A stretch of 25,274 bases of DNA from Kofleriaceae bacterium (lineage in GTDB: Bacteria; Myxococcota_A; Polyangia; Haliangiales; Haliangiaceae): assembly GCA_016763395.1 (NCBI GenBank), contig JAESTW010000877.1, positions 1 to 25,274 of the forward strand, given 5' to 3'. Of the stretch, positions 7,098 through 15,521 are shown one piece after another. How positions within the stretch are numbered: position 1 is the first letter of the stretch; every line of letters begins with the position of its first letter. Under the pieces are notes generated by a model, which worked only from the letters and a program-made list of their open reading frames with translations, was not told the DNA's origin and ran no database searches. The position numbers and the translations under genes were made by a program.

Positions 7098-10000
7098 TGA
7101 ACGCAATTGGCAAAACACTATCTCGTGGCCTGTTTTTCGGGGCTTTGCTCTCGATTGGCTTTGGTGGATCGCAAGGCTTTGCGCAACCCGCTGCCGGACA
7201 ACCTGGCGGCCCAGTCGCTGGACAACCAGGAGGACCCGCCGCTGGACAGCCCGGTGGACCGGCTGCTGGACAACCAGTTGCGCCTCGCATGGGCCCCGGT
7301 TCCAACTTTGGACCGACAGTCCTAACTCCAGAAGAACTGGAGATTCTTGCTGAGGTCGAGCAAGATCTCATCCGATACGAGAAGGCAGCGAATCTACATC
7401 ACAAGCGTGTCCGTATCATATTGGCATCTGAGTACAAAGATCGCAAAGGTCAGCTGGAATCTCGCTACGCCGAGAAAATCGGGAACGCAGAAAAGCAGGA
7501 ACTGGCACGCCGGCTCAGTGCAATCGTACTACTAGAAAAATTCGTACAAGATTATCCAAACCACCAGAAGTTTACGCCCGACGCAATGTTTCGTTTGGCC
7601 GATCTGTATTTGGAGCAAGCGGAGTACGACTTCAACGTCAGCTTCGACGAAGACCTCGATTTTGGCGATGACGATGATGACGACACGTTCCTGGCCTCGG
7701 CAGACTATTCCAAGTCCATCGGAATGTGGGACAAGATTGTCCGTAACTTCCCCAAATATCGGCAGAAGGCCAATACTCTCTATTTACTGGCGTACTATCT
7801 CAAGCAGACTGAGCAAGAGCGTCCGGCATTGCAAATCTTTCGCGGGCTCGTTTGTTCCAACAAGTACGATGCTCTCGCAGAACCAGAACCAGCACCGGAC
7901 ATGGCATTGGCTCGCGCCGCGCTGGGAACGGCGATTCCTGACGACAAGAGCGGGATTTACGAGGGTTGCATTGCACTCTCGGACAACAAAGAGCTTCTGC
8001 AGGATGCTTGGGTTCGCGGCATTGGCGACATCCACTTTCTGACTCCCGGTGAACTTGGCGAAGCCATTGGCGCATACGAAAGAGTAGCGGGCGACGAGCA
8101 GAGCAAGTTCTACGACGAAGCGCTCTACAAACTCGCTTGGTCGTACTACCGCAATGATGATTTCTTGCTGAGTATCGAGGCTTTTGACAAGTCTGTTGTG
8201 TACTCGGACAAGCAAGTAGCAGAAGGCAAAGAAGAACTGGAGCTTCGTGACGAAGCAATTCAGTACATTGCCATTTCGTTTACCGATCCATGGAGCGTGG
8301 ACGAAGATCCAGACCCATCTCGCAGTTGGGATCGGGCGATGGACTTCTACAAAGATCGCTTTGACGAGCCTCATGTCCGGGATGTCTTTATCCAGCTCGG
8401 CGATACCTTCTCAGTGCTCGAGTCGTACTCGCAGGCGTCCGATGCATGGCGTCTAGCGCTCACCAAGTGGCCGCTACACCCGGAGAATCCAGAGATTCAC
8501 CAAAACATTGTAAATGCCTTTGTTGAGCTTGGTGACACCGATTTAGCGAATGAGGAGGCGGGTCGATTGGCGGCTCGTTACGCTCCGGGCACCGAATGGT
8601 ACACCGCCAACGAAACCAATCGCATCGCTATGGAGAACCAGCGGCGCATTGGCGAGCGCATGCTCAAAGCGGCGGCAGAGAATACTCACAAGTCAGCACA
8701 GGCGGCTCGTCAAGATTGGTTGGCGGACTCAACTGAAGAGAACAAGGCGATTTACATCGACCTCTATCTCAAGGCTGGCGCACTCTACGAACGTTTCTTA
8801 AAAGAGAATCCAACGGCAGAGAGCTCATACGAGTTTACCTACCGCTTGGGCGAAGTTCTCTTCTTTGCTGAGCACTACCAAGAGGCCATCCCGCATTACG
8901 TTTGGGTTCGCGACCATCGCGACTTGAGCGAAACGCGCTTCGAGAAGGCAGCTCGCTCCGTGGTTCAGTCCTATCAAAAGGAGCTGGAGAAACAAATTGC
9001 GGACAACACGGTGGTCGAGCCTTCGATTCCGACGATTGATGAACTCTTGGCGATGCCAAAGCCTATCGCTGGCAAGCCTCTGCCGCAGGCCTATGTCGAT
9101 TTGCAAGACAGTCTGGACAAGTACCAGACCATGGTCAACGATCCAGAGACGGCACCCAACATGGGGTACGAGGCTGCTCTGATTTCATTTCGCCATCTTA
9201 ATCTGGCCGACGCAGAAAACCGTTTTCAAGCGACTCTCGACAGGTTTTGCGGAAGCGACCAATCGGTAAAGAGTAAAGACGCTCTCTTGGCAATCTACGA
9301 AGCTCTCGGCGATGACGAGAAGTTCAAAGCGACCAACGAGGCGTTTATCTCTTCCAAGTGCGGAAGTGACGATGATGTTGCGCTGGCGCAAGCACAAAAC
9401 CGCTCTAAAGAGTTTCGTGAAGCTGCTGCTCTCTTCAAAGAGCAGAAGTTTGCCGATGCGGCGATCGCGTTCTATGTCTTTTACAAGACTGCGCCGCCGG
9501 ACGATCCCAACCGTCCGATTGCTCTGTACAATGGAGCGATTGCCTACGACAAAAGCGGTAAGCCCAAGACAGCGGTCTATTTGCTCAAGGAGTTCACCGA
9601 GAATACCAATTCGGCATTCCGTGACAGCGAATACTTCTTACCCGCTCTCTATCTAACAGCGGTTTCGTACTACAAGGCATTCGATTACGACAATGCAGTA
9701 AAAGTCTATTTGGACGTCGTTAAGGCAGCCGCGGACAAGAGTCGCAAGCCACCAGCAGGCGAGCGAACGGCTCCTGAGATGCGTTTGGATGCGCTTTACA
9801 ATGCTGCGAATATCCGAGAACTGGACAGGGTCTACAAAGATCCACGTTCGGCACCCGGAACCGGAGCTGCTTCACTCTTCGAGCGTTATGCATCGCTGGA
9901 AACCGACGGTCGCAAGGCAGATCGAGCTCTCTTTGCAGTGGCTCGCGTTTGGAAAGGGGCCAAGAACCTCCGATTGCAAGAGCGTGCGTATGCGACTTGG

Positions 10001-10693
10001 CGCGGAAAGTACGGCAACCTGGCGATCAACTCGAACGACTATGTCTTTTCCTATTATGACATGGCCAAGCAGTACGAGAAGTCTGGCAATTCTCGGGCGA
10101 CAGCAAAAGCCAAGAAAGCGACGCTGAGCGCTTGGATCAAAGTGGGTAGTCCGAAGGATGCAATCGCTTCAGATTTGGCTGCGGAGTTTGCATTCCAAGA
10201 GGCGGACAAATACTACGACCGGACATTCACTCCCTTTAAAATCAAGCGTTCGCCCAAAACGGAGAAAGAGGCCAAGAAGGTCTTTGCCGATTTGATCCGA
10301 CTTGCGGACAATGCGCAGAAGAAGTTCACTGACATGAACCGCTTCGAAAGTGGACCCTGGTCTTTGGCATCTCTTGTCCGGGTCGGCGATATTCGCTTTT
10401 TCCAGGCATTGAAAATTGCGGAGATTCCGATTCCGAAGGAAATTATCCGACTCGATAACCTATATCCGTCCAAAGATATTCTCATTCAGTACGAGGATAC
10501 GATTGCCAGCTTGGTAAAGCCTCTGGAAGAGCAAGCCAAGATTCAGTGGGAAAAGGTTGTCAACGCAGGCAAGGCGCAACGGCTATCCAACGAGTGGACC
10601 CAACTGGCGCAAGAACGCCTACACGACTTTGTTTCTCAGGACGAATTTCCCGTGCTCCGTACCGAGCTTCGGGAGGGAACGGAGACACCCTAA
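7097..10693 (+). CDS. Large TPR protein, GltD/AgmU/NfsD-like
   Basis: 1198 aa; start overlaps the upstream stop (TAATG). Signal peptide plus many TPR motifs (PDAMFRLADLY, DEALYKLAWSYY, LRDEAIQYIA, IALYNGAIAY). The C-terminal W.LASLVRVGDI...NEWTQLAQERL resembles AgmU-family tails. Confidence 0.8.
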   Translation: MNAIGKTLSRGLFFGALLSIGFGGSQGFAQPAAGQPGGPVAGQPGGPAAGQPGGPAAGQPVAPRMGPGSNFGPTVLTPEELEILAEVEQDLIRYEKAANLHHKRVRIILASEYKDRKGQLESRYAEKIGNAEKQELARRLSAIVLLEKFVQDYPNHQKFTPDAMFRLADLYLEQAEYDFNVSFDEDLDFGDDDDDDTFLASADYSKSIGMWDKIVRNFPKYRQKANTLYLLAYYLKQTEQERPALQIFRGLVCSNKYDALAEPEPAPDMALARAALGTAIPDDKSGIYEGCIALSDNKELLQDAWVRGIGDIHFLTPGELGEAIGAYERVAGDEQSKFYDEALYKLAWSYYRNDDFLLSIEAFDKSVVYSDKQVAEGKEELELRDEAIQYIAISFTDPWSVDEDPDPSRSWDRAMDFYKDRFDEPHVRDVFIQLGDTFSVLESYSQASDAWRLALTKWPLHPENPEIHQNIVNAFVELGDTDLANEEAGRLAARYAPGTEWYTANETNRIAMENQRRIGERMLKAAAENTHKSAQAARQDWLADSTEENKAIYIDLYLKAGALYERFLKENPTAESSYEFTYRLGEVLFFAEHYQEAIPHYVWVRDHRDLSETRFEKAARSVVQSYQKELEKQIADNTVVEPSIPTIDELLAMPKPIAGKPLPQAYVDLQDSLDKYQTMVNDPETAPNMGYEAALISFRHLNLADAENRFQATLDRFCGSDQSVKSKDALLAIYEALGDDEKFKATNEAFISSKCGSDDDVALAQAQNRSKEFREAAALFKEQKFADAAIAFYVFYKTAPPDDPNRPIALYNGAIAYDKSGKPKTAVYLLKEFTENTNSAFRDSEYFLPALYLTAVSYYKAFDYDNAVKVYLDVVKAAADKSRKPPAGERTAPEMRLDALYNAANIRELDRVYKDPRSAPGTGAASLFERYASLETDGRKADRALFAVARVWKGAKNLRLQERAYATWRGKYGNLAINSNDYVFSYYDMAKQYEKSGNSRATAKAKKATLSAWIKVGSPKDAIASDLAAEFAFQEADKYYDRTFTPFKIKRSPKTEKEAKKVFADLIRLADNAQKKFTDMNRFESGPWSLASLVRVGDIRFFQALKIAEIPIPKEIIRLDNLYPSKDILIQYEDTIASLVKPLEEQAKIQWEKVVNAGKAQRLSNEWTQLAQERLHDFVSQDEFPVLRTELREGTETP
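7187..7276 (+). repeat. In-frame 24-bp (8-aa) repeat P(A/V)AGQPGG, about 3.75 copies
   Basis: Units at 7187-7210, 7211-7234, 7235-7258 and partial 7259-7276. Copies differ mostly at synonymous positions. Confidence 0.9.
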
Positions 10694-10695
10694 CG

Positions 10696-11967
10696 ATGAG
10701 TGAATTAGATCCCAGCGAGACATCGCGCGTATTCCTAAGGGTAGAAGGACCATCATCACGCAGAAGTGGCAAGTTTGCAGGGCTCAAGTCGGGCGCTCTG
10801 TGGGCTCTGCTTCTAGCTAGCGCGGGCTCACTTGCAGCATGCGGCGGTGGTGACAAGAAAAAGAAGTCAACTCCCGCTTCGAGCGGAACGGTGAGTGATG
10901 GAACGCCTATGGGACCGGTTGTGGATCCGGCGAATATCGACCCCATTGACGGAATTCCGACGGCAGATCCCAACGATAGGCCACCTGAGCAAACGGAGCC
11001 AAGTGCTCCGAGCGATCCTGACGATCCCGATGTGCCACCTGAGATCAAGCCGCCTGGCTTGGACATCAGCCCAGCGGAAAAGCAGGCGCGAGTGCAATCT
11101 CTGCTGCAAAACGCCACCGCGGCGATCAAAAACAATGCAGATCCAAGCCGAACTATCAGTGAGGCAAAGGCGGCATTGCAGATCGACGAGACCAGTATTG
11201 ACGCGATGGTTCTCTTGGCCCACGGCAATGTAGTCAAGGGCTTCTACGATATGGCCGAAGATGTGCTCATGAAGGCGTTCGAGCGCGGTGGCAAGAGCAA
11301 CAAGAAAGCGTTTTTCTTGCTTGGACTTGTGTATGACAAGACTGAGCGCGAGGACAAGGCTCCTATCGCCTATCAAAACGCGCTCACTCTCGACCCCAAT
11401 TACAAGAGCGCACTGGTCAACCTGGGTGTTAGTCACCTTCGCACCAAGCGCTACCAAGATGCGGTTGTAATCTACGAGCGACTTACATCGAGTCTTGGGC
11501 TCGACCGAGCCGCAGTTTGGACCAACTTAGGCTCCGCGTACCGAGGGCACTCTACTGATTTTGTCTCGGACATTACGCGTCGCAATCAGATGGTACTCAA
11601 GGCAGAGGCTGCGTACAAACACGCAATCAGCAAGGATAAGAACTATCCTAATGCCTACTACAATATGGGCTTGCTCTACTTAGACGCTGATCCATTCCCC
11701 ACCCGGTCTGGTGGAGAACTCGACAGGTTGGTGCGGCTGAAGAACGCCAAAACCTATCTTGACGAGTACCGCCGGCTTCCTAAGGCCGACCAAAAGCTTG
11801 TCGATCAGACAGCGGCAGTGGCACAAAAACTTATCGATCGGGAGCTCAAGCTTCGCAAGAAGCAAGCAGATCGAGAAGCCAGGCGACGTGCTCTAGAAGA
11901 GAAGAAACGCAAACGTGAGGCAGAGGGTGGCGGCGATGATTTTGATAGCGACGAGGGATTTGAGTAA
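10696..11967 (+). CDS. TPR lipoprotein, GltE/AglT/NfsE-like
   Basis: Start moved from 10546 to ATG 10696 (SD GGAGAC at 10681-10686, 2 nt after the upstream stop). Lipobox LAAC-GGG, Pro/Asp linker, TPRs (AFFLLGLVY, ALVNLGVSHL, VWTNLGSAY, AYYNMGLLY) and a charged C-terminal helix. Confidence 0.8.
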   Translation: MSELDPSETSRVFLRVEGPSSRRSGKFAGLKSGALWALLLASAGSLAACGGGDKKKKSTPASSGTVSDGTPMGPVVDPANIDPIDGIPTADPNDRPPEQTEPSAPSDPDDPDVPPEIKPPGLDISPAEKQARVQSLLQNATAAIKNNADPSRTISEAKAALQIDETSIDAMVLLAHGNVVKGFYDMAEDVLMKAFERGGKSNKKAFFLLGLVYDKTEREDKAPIAYQNALTLDPNYKSALVNLGVSHLRTKRYQDAVVIYERLTSSLGLDRAAVWTNLGSAYRGHSTDFVSDITRRNQMVLKAEAAYKHAISKDKNYPNAYYNMGLLYLDADPFPTRSGGELDRLVRLKNAKTYLDEYRRLPKADQKLVDQTAAVAQKLIDRELKLRKKQADREARRRALEEKKRKREAEGGGDDFDSDEGFE

Positions 11968-12315
11968 ATGAAGTCTAAACGATCAAATAGTCTAAGTCGC
12001 ATAGTCGGGTATGTCGCCATGACGGCGGCGCTGCTGATGGGTACTTCTCTAGTCTCTTCAGATATCGCTCATGCTGATAAATGTTCTGATAGGCAGGACG
12101 AGGCGGACAACGGTGGCAAGAACTACAAAACAGTTATTGGCCCGGACGGACGCAAGGTTTTTGTGATTCAAAAGGCATTTGTGGTTTGCGGGACCGTGCC
12201 CAGACCCAATGTGATCTACGTCTTGCAGGCAACTGCAATTAACTACGAGTGGGAAAACCTCAAGCAGGATTTCATGCCACTAATTCGCAAATCAGTAAAG
12301 AAATGGCCGTTCTAG
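11968..12315 (+). CDS. Small secreted protein, GltF/CglF/NfsF-like
   Basis: 115 aa with signal peptide ending AHA-D. The C-terminal RPNVIYVL...QDFMPLIRKSVKKWPF resembles GltF-like small proteins. Lies between the GltE-like and GltG-like genes. Confidence 0.75.
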   Translation: MKSKRSNSLSRIVGYVAMTAALLMGTSLVSSDIAHADKCSDRQDEADNGGKNYKTVIGPDGRKVFVIQKAFVVCGTVPRPNVIYVLQATAINYEWENLKQDFMPLIRKSVKKWPF

Positions 12316-13736
12316 TGGGAAAGAGTACGAAAAGACAGCCGGGAAAAGGGGCTCAGCAGGGGCCAGCACCTAGAATTCTCCGTATCGGAATTGTTCTGGG
12401 CGGCAACATTATCGAAGAACGCCTCGTTCGCAAGCGCGAGACCGTGACGATTGGCCAGAGTGCGGCCAATACCTTTGCGGTTCCGATTGAGGGATTGCCA
12501 AAGACGCTTCCGATTTTTGAACTCGTTGACGGTCGATACCATCTGCACTTCCAGGACAACATGGACGGCAGGATCTCTGCTGGCGGAGCGGTTCGGACAA
12601 TTTCGCAACTGAAGCAAGACGGAGCTACCAAGCGCGGCACCGATTGGGTGTACCCGCTCGACGACAAAGCCCGCGGAAAAATTTCCGTAGGCGCGATGAC
12701 CTTGCTCTTTCAATTCGTCACGCCTCCACCACTTCAGCCTCGACCAAGATTGCCCGCTTCGGTGCGCGGTACCTTGGCAGATCGTATCGAGCCACGGCTG
12801 GCAATCATTCTCAGCCTATCTATTCTGACCCACTTTTCTGTCGGTCTGTGGGCATACACGCAAGACAAAGTTATCGAGCGTCCAGCGGAGCGTATCGCTC
12901 GGACATATTCTGTTGATCAATATGTAGAGCCTCCACCGCCTGAACCCATTGTGGCCGAGCCGGAGGAGGGGGATACCACTGAAGCTGGTGGCTCAGACGT
13001 TGTCGAGCCGAAAACTCCAACCAAGGTTCGCACTCCCAAAGAAAATACTGGTGGTGGTGAGACAACCCCCAATGAGGGCGGTAGCAACGACGGTTCGCCG
13101 GACGAAGCTGCTGTCGCCGAAGCAATTCAGAATACCGCGGTGGTCTCTGTACTAACTGGCCTCGGCGGACCCAATGGCGCGTTCAGTAAGATGAGCGGTA
13201 CCGACCAGGGCGCGAGTTTGGACAAGTCAATTGCGCACGCAAAAGGCAAGGCTACTGCCACCAACGGAACCGGTACCGAGCGTCAGCGTGGTCAGAACAC
13301 CGGAAAAATTGGTACAGACAAAGGCACTAAGGTCGGTGGTCCTACGGGCACAGACGGCGGCGGCGGCGGCGGTCCGAAACAAGAAGAGAAGATCGTATCG
13401 AAGCTCAAGCTCGGCAGAGCGGATGATCTGAGTCTTAGTGACCTGGACCCGAACGCAGTTGCCAAGCGAATTCGTGGCAAGTACCTCTCTGGTATCAAGC
13501 GTTGTCACCAACGTGCACTGAAGATCGATCCTCGGGCTCAAGGTAAAGTCACAATACGCTTTACGGTTGGACCTACCGGACGCGTGACCAGAGCCACGGT
13601 AAAGGGCTTCAGCGCAACTGTTGATGCATGCATCAAGGGGCAAGCTTCCAAGTGGCGCTTCTCTGCACCAAAGGATGAGGGCAAGCCGACCAGCGCGGAC
13701 TTCTCGATTCCACTCTTGCTCAAGCCCGGCGCATAA
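12315..13736 (+). CDS. GltG/PglI-like protein: N-terminal cytoplasmic beta domain, one TM helix, TonB/TolA-like C-terminal domain (AgmX/PglI type)
   Basis: Probable GTG start overlaps the upstream TAG (alternative ATG 12303). Beta-rich LRIGIVLGG..EERLV domain; TM 12798-12857 with S-x3-H (SILTH); long Gly/Thr/Pro linker; C-terminal IKRCHQRALKIDPRAQGKVTIRFTVGPTGRV...WRF. Confidence 0.85.
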   Translation: MGKSTKRQPGKGAQQGPAPRILRIGIVLGGNIIEERLVRKRETVTIGQSAANTFAVPIEGLPKTLPIFELVDGRYHLHFQDNMDGRISAGGAVRTISQLKQDGATKRGTDWVYPLDDKARGKISVGAMTLLFQFVTPPPLQPRPRLPASVRGTLADRIEPRLAIILSLSILTHFSVGLWAYTQDKVIERPAERIARTYSVDQYVEPPPPEPIVAEPEEGDTTEAGGSDVVEPKTPTKVRTPKENTGGGETTPNEGGSNDGSPDEAAVAEAIQNTAVVSVLTGLGGPNGAFSKMSGTDQGASLDKSIAHAKGKATATNGTGTERQRGQNTGKIGTDKGTKVGGPTGTDGGGGGGPKQEEKIVSKLKLGRADDLSLSDLDPNAVAKRIRGKYLSGIKRCHQRALKIDPRAQGKVTIRFTVGPTGRVTRATVKGFSATVDACIKGQASKWRFSAPKDEGKPTSADFSIPLLLKPGA

Positions 13737-13777
13737 CGCTCAGGTACAAATCACAGAGTCTGTGAAAACAGCTACAA

Positions 13778-13808
13778 AGAAAGCATCCACAAACGTGGGT
13801 GCTTTTTT
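13778..13808 (+). terminator. Intrinsic terminator closing the Glt-like operon
   Basis: AAAGCATCCAC, loop AAAC, GTGGGTGCTTT (11-bp stem with one G-U pair); T6 at 13803-13808. A small upstream hairpin TCACAG-AGT-CTGTGA lies at 13751-13765. Confidence 0.85.
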
Positions 13809-13851
13809 GTCTGTGGGCTGACTGGTTTGCAATACGGGTAAACATCAAAAC

Positions 13852-13860
13852 TGGTACACT
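13852..13860 (+). promoter_or_regulatory. Extended -10 element, probably giving a leaderless mRNA for the 13866 gene
   Basis: TG-G-TACACT ends 5 nt before ATG 13866; no SD is visible. Confidence 0.45.
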
Positions 13861-13865
13861 ATCCC

Positions 13866-14783
13866 ATGCGTAGTTGGGCAAGTCTGATGGTTGTAGGTCT
13901 CAGTGCTTGCGCTTTTGACACCAGTAATTACGCTGGCCCGAGCGATGGCGGCACGCAAACACCCATAGCCGTTGATTCTGCGCCCATCAATGCAATAGAT
14001 GCAGTAACAGCGATCGATAGTGGACCGCCGCCAGCTGCATGTTCGCTCTACGGTACTGAGAATACTCCCATTGCCTTTCTTGGCCAAATAAACACATTGA
14101 CTGCTGGCCGGTACTACTTTGCCATAGACGGTAAGACCTTTGAAGGAGAAGTAAGCGTCGATGAGGGGGGCGATTCCTGGCTTATGGTGCTCAACTACTT
14201 GCATCGCTCTGGCAGCAACCCCAATCTCACCGTCTACAGCGATCGATTGCCAGTGCTCTCCGGCGCATCATTGGGTAGCGACGAGAGTGGGACCCTTTTT
14301 TGGGGGCATAGCTCCAATGAACTCTTTGCCTCTTTAGCGGGTGAGGAGCTGCGATTCTTTGGCCTTAGTGGTAATCACAATCGCGTTATGCACTTCCGGA
14401 CAAAGAATGCAGCAACAGTGGACTACTTCAAATCCGGACAGGGGTCGGCACAAGGGTTACGGGGGCAGTTTGAGCCATATACGGATCATACGACTGAACT
14501 GCCCGCCAGTCAGGACAACCGCTACACCAACCAGGGGGACGAGGCACAGACTAACTTTCCCTTCTATCGCTTTGGCTCACGACACTGGGCCATACGTGGG
14601 GGCAGTTACCGATGGGAAGTCGACGATTACAACGGTGGAGCACAACCTGATACCTTGCATCGCATCTGGGTGCGTAGCCAGGCGATTTGTGGCAATGGCT
14701 TGGTTGAGGGGAATGAGGTCTGCGACGACGGCAACCAGCTGTCCGGTGATGGCTGCGGCTGTTGTATCGACGAAGGCAACTGA
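13866..14783 (+). CDS. Lipoprotein with a fibrinogen-like (FReD-like) domain and one C-terminal Myxococcus cysteine-rich repeat
   Basis: Lipobox LSAC. YYFAIDGKTFEGEVSVDEGGDSWLMV resembles G.Y..YCDM..GGGW.LV, and the domain ends in HRIWVR. The tail ICGNGLVEGNEVCDDGNQLSGDGC matches the CGdG...EeCDDGN..sGDGC repeat. Confidence 0.75.
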   Translation: MRSWASLMVVGLSACAFDTSNYAGPSDGGTQTPIAVDSAPINAIDAVTAIDSGPPPAACSLYGTENTPIAFLGQINTLTAGRYYFAIDGKTFEGEVSVDEGGDSWLMVLNYLHRSGSNPNLTVYSDRLPVLSGASLGSDESGTLFWGHSSNELFASLAGEELRFFGLSGNHNRVMHFRTKNAATVDYFKSGQGSAQGLRGQFEPYTDHTTELPASQDNRYTNQGDEAQTNFPFYRFGSRHWAIRGGSYRWEVDDYNGGAQPDTLHRIWVRSQAICGNGLVEGNEVCDDGNQLSGDGCGCCIDEGN

Positions 14784-14819
14784 ATGCCGAAGCGATATGG
14801 TGCTCTAAGGAAACTCTTA

Positions 14820-15284
14820 CTAGGCAGCTTGCAGCGACGACTCTAGGCGCACTACCGCTTGCGGCGCAGTGCTGCGTCCGCGGCTCCATCGAATCATGAC
14901 CGGATTGCCGATGAAGTCGAAACCGACCTTGCATTCGTCTTCGGCGCTGACGTGTTCTACCCAGGATACCTTGACTCGAAAGAGGTAGCTCTGGTTTTCA
15001 CAAGCGTCATCGAGGCGCAAGCCCATGGTCCCACTTGGCAACGCGCCGGGGGCATTGGTGCATACAACTCCGTGTTGCGCGATACGAATTACTCGTATGC
15101 GGTGGTCAACTGTGTTGGTCGTAAGAACTCCACTTATGGGAGCTGATAGGGGCAAGGATGCCTGAGATTCTAGTCCGGCTCCCAAGACCTCCATTGCCAA
15201 CGCCTCGCTTATGTTGAGCTTAGCGCCAGCTTCTCTCAGTTGTTGAAGCTTTCGATACTGATAGATTTGGGTTAAACAACTCAT
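14820..15284 (-). CDS. PilZ-like domain protein with degenerate motifs
   Basis: 154 aa. An N-terminal helical segment precedes a beta-barrel pattern (IRVIRIAQHGVVC, LRLDD, YLFRVKVSWV, VGFDFIG). It fills the gap between two plus-strand genes and has a sigma54 motif just upstream. Confidence 0.7.
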   Translation of the reverse strand: MSCLTQIYQYRKLQQLREAGAKLNISEALAMEVLGAGLESQASLPLSAPISGVLTTNTVDHRIRVIRIAQHGVVCTNAPGALPSGTMGLRLDDACENQSYLFRVKVSWVEHVSAEDECKVGFDFIGNPVMIRWSRGRSTAPQAVVRLESSLQAA

Positions 15285-15296
15285 GCTCTCAGTAAA

Positions 15297-15312
15297 AGCA
15301 AGTGCTAGGCCA
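15297..15312 (-). promoter_or_regulatory. sigma54 (-24/-12) promoter for the PilZ-like gene
   Basis: Minus strand reads TGGCCTAGCACTTGCT, i.e. TGGC-N7-TTGCT with exact GG-N10-GC spacing, 13 nt upstream of ATG 15284. Confidence 0.7.
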
Positions 15313-15521
15313 AGACACTAGTTTAAGCTAAGTGATTGAAATTAGTAGAAATGGCTGGTTCGAATTCGGAAAAACGCACAGTCAGTGTTGCCATCTTGAC
15401 ACGATATTGCGTGGTTTGTGAACGGAATGTCGCGAATCAAATGGCAGGTGATCTGCGCCACATGAGCCCAGTGGCTTCTTATAGCTTGGGCAATTGTGCT
15501 AGCGTTATGTGTATGAGCCCG

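Noticed and set aside
10546-10695. ORF-track N-terminal extension of the GltE-like gene
   Set aside because: It overlaps the GltD-like gene by about 150 nt. ATG 10696 has an SD and follows the upstream stop.
12249-12314. ORF-track N-terminal extension of the GltG-like gene
   Set aside because: It overlaps the conserved GltF-like C-terminus. A coupled GTG at 12315 (or ATG 12303) is more plausible.
13356-13373. (GGC)5-GGT microsatellite as a phase-variation site
   Set aside because: It is a triplet repeat encoding poly-Gly in a linker, so slippage would preserve the frame.
15336-15506. ORF-track 5' extension of the lipoprotein gene, and TTGACA at 15396-15401 as a promoter
   Set aside because: The extension would bury the signal peptide, and no -10 hexamer lies 16-18 nt after the TTGACA.
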